Of a DNA stretch of 64,000 nt, positions 49,995 to 58,165 are shown piece by piece. The stretch's first letter is position 1. Each line of letters opens with the position of its first letter. This DNA is from Bdellovibrionota bacterium (GTDB taxonomy: Bacteria; Bdellovibrionota_C; UBA2361; CALJRW01): the NCBI GenBank assembly GCA_041740355.1, contig JBGSMD010000030.1:120994-184993 (forward strand). Reading direction: 5' to 3'. The position numbers were made by a program, and so were the translations under genes. The notes beneath the pieces were generated by a model. That model was not told the origin of the DNA. It made no database searches and worked only from the letters and a program-made list of their open reading frames with translations.

Positions 49995-51767
49995 TTATTC
50001 GCAGATAAAGTGCTGTATATAGTGATTCGCAACGAGCTCTTCTACCTGATTATATGCATTAAAGCTTAAATTAGTGGCTTTTTTCTGGGCATTTTTAAAT
50101 TGATTGGTAAATAAAGCCAGCTTTGCAGCTGTTAATGTACCTGCCACTCGGCTACTATTAATTTGATTTTTTTTGAGTTTTTTAAATAATTTAAGGCCAA
50201 CATTGTCAATAAAGTTACAGCCTAGGATTTTTTGACCATCGCAATAAAGTAGGGGGATGTCTTTGCGACTTCTTAATAGTTGATCTTCTACGCTAAATGT
50301 TTGGCACTCGCTAAATCCAGAGCTACATGTAGTAAATTGTAAGGGAATATCCGCAATGTAATTCTCAATAGTGGAGGAATAAGTATTTATTTTGGCACTA
50401 ACATCTTGTCGTTGTTGTTGTTTTGAGCTGGAAAGATATTTTTGATTATTCCTATTTTTACTCAGTAGTAGAGACTTCAATTGTGTTAGCTGATTTTTAA
50501 TTAGACTTACATTGCTTGTAAGATCTGTTGTTTCACAGACGGGACTGTTGATTCCTTGGATCACTTCAAAGTTTAAGGTGCACTCATCAATTGATGTTAA
50601 GCTACCATTTACTCCGTAGATCTGCTGGAAGCGCACAGGGATAGAATAACTACCAATATCTTCCGTGGTAGGTGTCCAGTTTAATTTTACTGATTTTTTG
50701 TGACCTGTCGGAATAATTCCATTATTGGCAATCGGAGAAGTTTCGCTTGAGTTGCTAGAGGATGTAGTTACAAATTGCATGCTTGGTTTAAGTGCACTTA
50801 AAAATTGAACACGATGTTGATCGTATAAGTCTGGATCCAAAAAATTAATATTTGCTTGCACGGGTTCTCCCACAGCAAGCTTTTCAGCTAAGCCTGTAAT
50901 CCCAGCACAACTTGGAGCAGTGTTAGCGAATTTTTTTTCAACTCGGCACAAACTACAAGCAGAAAGGCTAAAAGCAGTAATTTCATTGGCTGAGTTATAT
51001 GTTGAATTGTTAATAACTGATGGAACAAAGTCTAGCGTTAGTCTTTTAGCGACAGAGGAAAGCTGCCCAAAATCAAAGATTTGGGTAATATTATTATACT
51101 GATTAAAGCAAGCTTGTTCTTTTACTGGGTCGATGTTTTTACATGATATGGCCATCTCCTGCTGGTAATCAGTAGTATTGTTTGGAACAAAAGCTTGGAT
51201 TGGAGTTGTATCGATAATGATCGAAAATTTTCTAGTTTGAACTCCACCTGAATTTGCCTCGCTACTTTCGGCAAACAATACCCATTCAGGGTTAGTATTT
51301 GGCGTGTTACTTAATAAAATTGGTTCAGTTCTATTTAATCCAGCGCCAGGATTTGTTTGCCAACTTCCGGGTAAATTATTACAACTAGAATTTGCTTGTG
51401 TTTCTCGGTTGTAAATATAGGCTGAAATTCTTGGCTGATTGTTTGATGTAAGCCTACTGGCATCAACATAGAAATAAGCGAGTTTATATTTATTTAAAAT
51501 TAGCGAAGTCTCGGAGTTAAGACCAAAATGAAAGCCGTTTGCTAAGGTCGCTCCTCCTTGATTAGTAAATTCTACTTCGATGTTTAGTTCTTTATTGATT
51601 GAGTTATATTTAAACTCAGCATAATTAGTTTTTACATTAAGTGCGTTATACTGTGAATTACAGGCAGAGAAATTTTGACTAATAGAAAAGCTCAGCTCTT
51701 CTGCTTGAACAAATGTAGCCAAGAGAAAAAGGCAAAGAAAAGAAATTTTAGAAGTTAGATTCAACAT
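49995..51767 (-). CDS. Secreted protein, paralogue of 47938-49776
   Basis: Signal peptide ...ATFVQA; ANGFHFGL, FYVDAS, PRISAYIYN, WTPTTEDIGSY align with the neighbour. Confidence 0.82.
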   Translation of the reverse strand: MLNLTSKISFLCLFLLATFVQAEELSFSISQNFSACNSQYNALNVKTNYAEFKYNSINKELNIEVEFTNQGGATLANGFHFGLNSETSLILNKYKLAYFYVDASRLTSNNQPRISAYIYNRETQANSSCNNLPGSWQTNPGAGLNRTEPILLSNTPNTNPEWVLFAESSEANSGGVQTRKFSIIIDTTPIQAFVPNNTTDYQQEMAISCKNIDPVKEQACFNQYNNITQIFDFGQLSSVAKRLTLDFVPSVINNSTYNSANEITAFSLSACSLCRVEKKFANTAPSCAGITGLAEKLAVGEPVQANINFLDPDLYDQHRVQFLSALKPSMQFVTTSSSNSSETSPIANNGIIPTGHKKSVKLNWTPTTEDIGSYSIPVRFQQIYGVNGSLTSIDECTLNFEVIQGINSPVCETTDLTSNVSLIKNQLTQLKSLLLSKNRNNQKYLSSSKQQQRQDVSAKINTYSSTIENYIADIPLQFTTCSSGFSECQTFSVEDQLLRSRKDIPLLYCDGQKILGCNFIDNVGLKLFKKLKKNQINSSRVAGTLTAAKLALFTNQFKNAQKKATNLSFNAYNQVEELVANHYIQHFICE

Positions 51768-51776
51768 ATGTCAGTT

Positions 51777-51925
51777 ATATAGTGATGACAAAAAATAAAT
51801 TACGTAAAAATTTAATAGATCAATTTGTTTTTTTGTCATAACTATATGATTTTATTATCCCACCGGGGGATAGAAAGCCCCAAAAAGTAATTTCCTTACG
51901 TAAATTACTTTTTGGACTTTCTATA
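51777..51925. repeat. Palindromic repeat mosaic (module A + module B), direct copy of 11959-12106
   Basis: ATATAGTGATGACAAAAAA...TTTTTTGTCATAACTATAT then GGGGGATAGAAAGCCCCAAAAAGTAATTTCCTTACGTAAATTACTTTTTGGACTTTCTATA. Confidence 0.9.
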
Positions 51926-52081
51926 TACTATCCGATGTTCCCAAGGTTATGATTCAGTATCGACAGATATCTCATTACTAAGTAGAAAATCTCCAAAAGT
52001 CTTGTTTTTCTTAATTATCAAGCTGCTTTTTATAATAACAGTATGAAAAGATTGGATATTCTGAAATAGTCTTACGGTTAG

Positions 52082-53080
52082 CTAGATTCTAGCATTATCT
52101 GAGTCTAACTCAACTGAAGACAGGAATGGATTAATAAGGGCTAGCGCCTGCTCTATATCCTCTGTTTCCATTAATTTAGCCCGAAGATCTCCAGCTAAGG
52201 GAAAACCATTGATATAAATTTTATAGAATTTCTTCAGCAGGGTATATCTGGTTTGTGTTCCCCATCGCGCGGAATGAAGAGCGATGTGGCTAAGTAGCAG
52301 ATTAAGTTTCTGTTCGGCAGTGAGTTGGGACATATTCGTTATCCCTTGATCGTTAAAGATGTAAAGGTTTTGAAAAATTCCCCGACCGATCATTATACCG
52401 TTAACCTTTGATTCCCTATGCCGTAAATGGAAATCCTCTTGATTAAAAACGTCACCATTTCCAATAATCAAAGTCTTTTTTTGCATTTGATCGCGGAGCC
52501 TAACCACTTTTCCAATTTCGTCCCAGTTCGCGGGATATTTTGACTGGTGTTTAGCTACTCTCCCATGAATTGTGATCACTGGTAAATCTAAGTCCAATAG
52601 AAAACCAGTCCATTCCTCAGTTCTTAAGTCGCGGTAACCTAGTCTTGTTTTAACACTTACAGGTAAATGTTTCGCTCCTTCTCTTGCCGCTAGGATTAGC
52701 TCTTTTGCTAAGTTTGGATTTTCAATTAATCCTGAACAGCAGCCTTTAGCAGCGATTTTAGCTACGGGACAACCCATGTTTATATCAATCCCATCAAAAC
52801 CACGCTCACGCATTTCGATGCAAGCTTTTAGGTAATTTTCAGGTTTATTGCCCCAGATTTGAGAAACTAGGGGCCCTTCACCCTCTGTATACTCTAAACG
52901 TTCAGCAACTCGTTCACGCCCTTTAGAGAAGAGCCCATCTGTTGATGTAAATTCAGTAAAAAAAACATCTGGGCGACCGCAACTGGCAACTACTCGACGG
53001 AAGACCGTGTCAGTTACATCTTCCATTGGGGCAAGAACCTTAAATGGTTGTGGTAAATTGTGCCAGAAAGAGTTCCACAT
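52082..53080 (-). CDS. dus: tRNA-dihydrouridine synthase family protein
   Basis: LAPMEDVTD, FTEF, IDINMGCP, VSVKTRLG, TIHGR, IGNGD, MIGRG. Confidence 0.93.
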   Translation of the reverse strand: MWNSFWHNLPQPFKVLAPMEDVTDTVFRRVVASCGRPDVFFTEFTSTDGLFSKGRERVAERLEYTEGEGPLVSQIWGNKPENYLKACIEMRERGFDGIDINMGCPVAKIAAKGCCSGLIENPNLAKELILAAREGAKHLPVSVKTRLGYRDLRTEEWTGFLLDLDLPVITIHGRVAKHQSKYPANWDEIGKVVRLRDQMQKKTLIIGNGDVFNQEDFHLRHRESKVNGIMIGRGIFQNLYIFNDQGITNMSQLTAEQKLNLLLSHIALHSARWGTQTRYTLLKKFYKIYINGFPLAGDLRAKLMETEDIEQALALINPFLSSVELDSDNARI

Positions 53081-53217
53081 TGAGTAATTATATTTTAAAT
53101 TTATTTTAATATTGGTTTATATTCGTTTTAAAGTTAAAATCAATGAAATATGGTCTTTTATAAAAGATTTTTATTATTTAGTCTAAAGTAAATTAGATTA
53201 TTTTACGATATTTTGTC

Positions 53218-53592
53218 ATGAAGAGAGAAAACGCATTTACCCTTATAGAGCTTTTAGTCACTGTTGCCATTCTTGGAATTTTAGCGGCTATCGGTATGGC
53301 AGCATTTGGTCAATATCGGGCTCGTGGTAATGATGCCAATGCTAACCAAGATCTTCGAAGTGCCGCAACTGCTCAGGAAGCTCAGTATGTAGATACTGCT
53401 TCATATATTGCCTGTACAGATCGACAAGATTGCATAGATAAACTTATTGGTATTGAATCGTTTAACGAGAAGACTTTTATATCTATGACGGCCAATTCGG
53501 GTATATCTTTTGAGGGAACCTCCGTATCCTCTTTTGGTAGTGGTCAAACCTATAAATGGAACAATCTTTCTGGACTTGAATTACTTAACTAA
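53218..53592 (+). CDS. Orphan type IV pilin-like protein (short)
   Basis: A|FTLIELLVTVAILGILAAI...YRARGNDANANQDLRSAATAQEAQY. Confidence 0.9.
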   Translation: MKRENAFTLIELLVTVAILGILAAIGMAAFGQYRARGNDANANQDLRSAATAQEAQYVDTASYIACTDRQDCIDKLIGIESFNEKTFISMTANSGISFEGTSVSSFGSGQTYKWNNLSGLELLN

Positions 53593-53741
53593 TCAGACAA
53601 GATTATATTTTAGATTAATATTGTTAGGAAGAGTTACTTTCTCATTTTTCTAATATAATTAAGTATTTTGAGAATTAATAAGAACTAAGAGCTTCATAAC
53701 AATTCTAAAAATTATACAGTTGGTTATTTAAAACCAAGAAA

Positions 53742-53965
53742 TATAGTGAGTCCAAAAAACAAATTACTTTAAAAGAATATCGACTTTGCTTGGACTCACT
53801 ATTTATGTTGTTTTTAGCTATGCAAACTTGGATATCCGCCGTAGCTTTAGCGAAGGTGGAAATCCAAGTTTTGAATTAGCCGTAATGACTCTGTTTAATT
53901 TACTAACCAGCCTTCGCTGAAGCTTCGGCTAGGCAGGCAGTAAATTATTTCTTGTCATTACTATA
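53742..53965. repeat. Palindromic repeat mosaic (B + C with REP-like hairpin + A-like module with a second REP-like hairpin)
   Basis: ATAGTGAGTCCAA/TTGGACTCACTAT; AAACTTGGAT[CCGCCGTAGCTTTAGCGAAGGTGG]ATCCAAGTTT; GTAATGAC...[CCTTCGCTGAAGCTTCGGCTAGG]...GTCATTACTATA. Confidence 0.85.
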
Positions 53966-53998
53966 AAATGAAATTTTAGGGGAAGCTATAACTTAGGA

Positions 53999-54215
53999 AT
54001 ACTAAAACCGATTAAGAATCTACGACACTGCTTGGAAAAATGCAGAACGCATTTTCAGTTTGTTAGGGTTTTAGTATATTTATTATCCCCAGTATTTCCC
54101 TTATAAAACAAGGGAAATACCTAAGCGACCCCCTTGGGTCGCTCAAGCACTACGTGCTTGATATACTAGGCGACTAGAATTTTAAAATGATAATTTTAAA
54201 TGTCGCCTAGTATAT
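53999..54215. repeat. Cluster of five closely spaced inverted repeats including module D
   Basis: ATACTAAAACC/GGTTTTAGTAT; GTATTTCCCTT/AAGGGAAATAC; AGCGACCC/GGGTCGCT; TCAAGCAC/GTGCTTGA; ATATACTAGGCGAC/GTCGCCTAGTATAT. Confidence 0.8.
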
Positions 54216-54227
54216 GCGTATTTAAGA

Positions 54228-54989
54228 TTAGAAATCGATTCCAAGTCCTGTAAGAAGTGCTAAGTCATTCTTATCATTACCAAGTGCTGGTTGATTATCA
54301 TAGATAGTTCTGACCTTAAAAACTAATTTAAGCATATCTGTAATTTTTGTTTCAATTCCAGCTTCACCTTGAACTAAATAGTTATCACTACTTTCGGCAG
54401 AAAGAATTACATCCAAAGTTTCAAAAACTTTAGCTGTTTCAGTAAGTTGATATTCAAATCGATTACCCAATCGTGGTGCTAAATAATCATCAGTTTCATC
54501 AGCTACTTCTTCCCATAGATAAGATGGTCCAGCATAAACATCGAGCGACCCTACTTTATCTTCTTTAAAGATGAAATAACCGACTCTAGGGTTTGCTAGT
54601 ACTCGATACTTCACGTCCGAAATTTCATTACGCATGAAATCTGTACCAAGACCTAAGTATAATTTTTCGCTAACAATATTTTTATATTCACCAGAAACAA
54701 AACTGTAATCAACGTTAGTTTGTTTTTCGCCAGAATCAACGGTTTCGGTTTCTCCAAAGTTATGATCTGCTTGAAAACGAAGAAGATGCTCTTCTTTTTC
54801 ATACTTACTTAAAAATCCTAAATTTAAAAGTGAGACATCGCTATTTCCACTCGTCTTATTGTAGCCAAAGTTAAATGTATTTACCCATGGTCCCTGATTT
54901 GGTTTTGGGGCTGGACATACTGGGGCATCTTCCGCAATTGTTATTGTAGGTGTTAATACTAAAAGTACTAAGAGAATTTTTTTTATCAT
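54228..54989 (-). CDS. DUF481/YdiY-like outer-membrane beta-barrel protein
   Basis: Signal peptide, W....FGYNKTSGNSD, alternating beta strands, YDNQPA, terminal Phe. Confidence 0.85.
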   Translation of the reverse strand: MIKKILLVLLVLTPTITIAEDAPVCPAPKPNQGPWVNTFNFGYNKTSGNSDVSLLNLGFLSKYEKEEHLLRFQADHNFGETETVDSGEKQTNVDYSFVSGEYKNIVSEKLYLGLGTDFMRNEISDVKYRVLANPRVGYFIFKEDKVGSLDVYAGPSYLWEEVADETDDYLAPRLGNRFEYQLTETAKVFETLDVILSAESSDNYLVQGEAGIETKITDMLKLVFKVRTIYDNQPALGNDKNDLALLTGLGIDF

Positions 54990-55098
54990 TGTTATATACC
55001 TATACTTAAAGAGTCTATTGTAAAGTTACAAATTCATAATACTTAGGTCGAGTTCTTAAAGCTCCCTAAAAATGAACCATTAATTAAATATTACTAGT

Positions 55099-56484
55099 AT
55101 GATTACTTTTAACAAGTCATTATTTATCTTTCGCCGCGACCTTCGACTAGTTGACAATACCGCTTTAAACCTAGCCTTACAGTATTCCAAAGAGGTCTAC
55201 CCAGTTTTTTTTATTGACCCGCGGCAGTTTACTGATAACAAGTATTTTTCTGCTAATGCGGTACAGTTTATGGGTAATAGTCTCAAGGAACTTGCTAGTG
55301 AAATTAAAGCTTTGGGCGGAAATTTAAATTTAATTTATGGAAAAGTAGAAGAAGTTTTACCTAAGTTGTTAGAAGAGCAGCCACTAGAAGCCGTTTTTTT
55401 TAATTATGATTATACCCCCTTTAGTAAACAACGAGATCTAAATCTTAAGTCTTGTTGCGAAAAGCAACAGATCAAATTTTTCCCAGCCCATGATCTAATG
55501 TTAAATGAGCCAGGGAAAGTTTTAAAAGATAATCATGAGCCCTACAGTGTTTATACTTTTTATCGAAAAAAAGCAGAACTCTTACCGGTTAAATTACCAG
55601 CTAAAATATTCAACAGTAATTTTGCTAAGTCAGGTTTTAGTTTGTCGAAACCAGAAAATTGGGATAAGCTAAATGAGAATCCAAACTTACAACTTTTAGC
55701 ACTGGGTGGGAGAGAAGAAGCAGAAGGAATTTTACAACAATTGCCAACTCATGAAGCTTATCAAGCAGAGCGAGATTTTCCAGCAATCCATTCCTCAACT
55801 AAACTATCAGCACATTTAAAATTTGGGACAGTATCAGCTCGGGAAGTTTATCAAAAACTTTCTGCAATCAACCCAAAACATTTATTGATCAATCAGCTTC
55901 ATTGGCGAGATTTTTTTACTCAAATTTCTTTTTTCTATCCTGAAGTTTATGGTGCTGCATTTCAAAAAAAATTTACTAACGTAGAATGGCGTTATTCTGA
56001 AGAAGATTTTAAAGCATGGTGCGAAGGGAATACTGGTTTTCCAATCGTTGATGCTGGAATGCGAGAATTAAATACTACTGGATATATGCATAATCGTGTT
56101 CGAATGGTGGTAGCATCATTTTTAACAAAAAATTTGAGAATTGACTGGAGATGGGGGGAGAAATATTTTGCAACAAAATTAACTGATTATGATCCGGCAC
56201 TTAATAATGGCAATTGGCAGTGGGCAGCATCGACCGGTTGCGATGCTCAACCATATTTTAGAATTTTTAATGCTTGGACACAGCAAATAAGATTTGATTT
56301 GCAAGCTGAATATATTAAAAAATGGGTGCCAGAATTGGCAGCATTAACACCGAAACAAATTCACAATGAAGACTTCATGGCTTCACAAGTTTTAGCAAAA
56401 TATCCAAGACCGATGGTTAAACATTCTGAAACTCGTGAGTTAGCCTTGGAAATGTTTAAGAAAGCTGCCAGTTCCGCTTATTAA
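55099..56484 (+). CDS. phrB: Deoxyribodipyrimidine (CPD) photolyase
   Basis: FRRDLRLVDN, TKLSAHLKFG, WRDF, TGFPIVDAGMREL, MHNRVRM, NNGNWQW, PYFRIFN. Confidence 0.93.
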   Translation: MITFNKSLFIFRRDLRLVDNTALNLALQYSKEVYPVFFIDPRQFTDNKYFSANAVQFMGNSLKELASEIKALGGNLNLIYGKVEEVLPKLLEEQPLEAVFFNYDYTPFSKQRDLNLKSCCEKQQIKFFPAHDLMLNEPGKVLKDNHEPYSVYTFYRKKAELLPVKLPAKIFNSNFAKSGFSLSKPENWDKLNENPNLQLLALGGREEAEGILQQLPTHEAYQAERDFPAIHSSTKLSAHLKFGTVSAREVYQKLSAINPKHLLINQLHWRDFFTQISFFYPEVYGAAFQKKFTNVEWRYSEEDFKAWCEGNTGFPIVDAGMRELNTTGYMHNRVRMVVASFLTKNLRIDWRWGEKYFATKLTDYDPALNNGNWQWAASTGCDAQPYFRIFNAWTQQIRFDLQAEYIKKWVPELAALTPKQIHNEDFMASQVLAKYPRPMVKHSETRELALEMFKKAASSAY

Positions 56485-56485
56485 T

Positions 56486-57952
56486 TCATTTGAGATTGGC
56501 TAGGAATTCTTCAGCAAGCTCTAAATGTTTTTCTAATTTTTCAGGGGGCATTTTCTTTAAATGAATTGTCATCATGCTAAGTCTAGGATTTCCATTAAAA
56601 AAATCTTTATGTTTGTTTATAAATCTCCAGTAGAGACTATCCCAGATTTCACACCAGGGGCCATCTGAGTAATTACTCATTTTTTTGATATAATTTGAGG
56701 AACTAATGTAAGGCTTAGTAACGATCATTCCTCCATCAGCATATAGTCCCATACCATAGACATTTGGAACCATGACCCAATCATAGGCATCGATAAATAG
56801 CTCCATAAACCAACGGTAGCAATCATCGGGATCAAATTCACAAAGTGTCATGAAGTTTGACATGATCATTAATCTTTCAATGTGATGGGAATAGCAGTGT
56901 TTTAGAGTTTTATTGATACTATCATCTACCGGTAAAATGTTAGTAGTTGCCTTCCAAAAGCTTTCCGGAATTTTTCTTTTGTGATTCCAAAAATTTGTTG
57001 TTCGTTGTTTCCGCCCAATTAAATGGTAAACCGCTCTAACATACTCACGCCATCCAATGATTTGTCGAATAAATCCTTCTAAATTATTAAATTCAATATT
57101 GTTTTCTTCAGCGAATGCTATACTGCGTTCTACCACATATTTAGAACTTAGTAGTCCAACATTAATTAAAGGTGAAATTACTGAATGAAAATTAAAAGCG
57201 TTATCAGAAACAATCGCATCCTGATAGTGACCATACTTGGCAAAGCGTTGCTCAAGAAATTCCTCCAGCCATATCTCAGCTGACTGATAATCTGTCGGAT
57301 AATTATAATCTATTGAACTACCATAGTTTTTGGAAAAGTTCTTTTGTACATAGTTAATGGCTTCTTTCTCAAAATCCGTTTCTGGTGTTTTAGTAATTTT
57401 TGGGATGGATAATGACTTTGGTAGCTTTTTACGATTCTCCTGGTCAAAGCTCCATTTGCCATGTAAAGGTTTATTGCCATCCAAAAGGATTTTTAAAGAA
57501 AGGCGATTGTGCTGATAGAAATTTGATTGAAAATACCTGCCAGATTTCTGGAAATAATTAGTAGAATCTTTTAGATCAATTAAAAACGAAGGGCTCTGAT
57601 GAAATTCAATTTTTAAATTAAATTTTTTAGCGCCGAATATCAAAAATTTGTTAAGATAATCATCATCTGCCTCCCAGCAATGGATCTTAGTAACGCCTTC
57701 AGGTAGATATTCAAACAGATCTAAAGTTTTGTTTGAATTCTTGCATTCTAAGTAGGAAACATAGTAATTTTTAGACTGTAAGAAGCTTTGATAAAACTTC
57801 ATACTGGCTCGGTGAAAGATTAGCTTTTGCTGATGAAATTGGAACTGCTTAAAAAAAAGATAATCTTCAATAATAAGCAATTGTTTGACGCCTGAAATTT
57901 TAGTAATTTCTTGGTATAGTTGATGAGGAAAAATTAAAAAGATTTCAGACAT
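56486..57952 (-). CDS. Bacterial (6-4) photolyase/cryptochrome-like protein (DPRP type)
   Basis: IFPHQL, FHQQKLIFHRASM, GKWSFDQENRKK, YQDA, EGFIRQIIGWREY, HHIERLM, IDAYDWVMVPNV, TKPYISSSNYI. Confidence 0.88.
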   Translation of the reverse strand: MSEIFLIFPHQLYQEITKISGVKQLLIIEDYLFFKQFQFHQQKLIFHRASMKFYQSFLQSKNYYVSYLECKNSNKTLDLFEYLPEGVTKIHCWEADDDYLNKFLIFGAKKFNLKIEFHQSPSFLIDLKDSTNYFQKSGRYFQSNFYQHNRLSLKILLDGNKPLHGKWSFDQENRKKLPKSLSIPKITKTPETDFEKEAINYVQKNFSKNYGSSIDYNYPTDYQSAEIWLEEFLEQRFAKYGHYQDAIVSDNAFNFHSVISPLINVGLLSSKYVVERSIAFAEENNIEFNNLEGFIRQIIGWREYVRAVYHLIGRKQRTTNFWNHKRKIPESFWKATTNILPVDDSINKTLKHCYSHHIERLMIMSNFMTLCEFDPDDCYRWFMELFIDAYDWVMVPNVYGMGLYADGGMIVTKPYISSSNYIKKMSNYSDGPWCEIWDSLYWRFINKHKDFFNGNPRLSMMTIHLKKMPPEKLEKHLELAEEFLANLK

Positions 57953-58000
57953 TTAGTGTTTGACTATAACTATCTTGTTTCATTTCATCTTTTGTAATTT

Positions 58001-58054
58001 TTCTGACGAAATTTAATAAATTTTTATCAGGGTATTGTCTTTCTTTCGTCAGAA
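58001..58054. promoter_or_regulatory. 11-bp inverted repeat in the divergent promoter region of the RND operon (possible operator)
   Basis: TTCTGACGAAA (58001-11) and TTTCGTCAGAA (58044-54). Confidence 0.35.
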
Positions 58055-58165
58055 GGTGATTTATCTATGATAAAAGTTTCTTATCTTCGAGTTCGCTATG
58101 ATCCTCGTTAAAGTCTTAGCAAAATTCCTACAAGCGAAAACGTTTTTTATTTTTCAGTATTAATC

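Noticed and set aside
53742-54215. Palindromic repeats considered as a CRISPR array or integron attC sites
   Set aside because: No regularly spaced identical direct repeats with unique spacers, no cas or intI gene, and no RYYYAAC...GTTRRRY ends flanking cassette ORFs.
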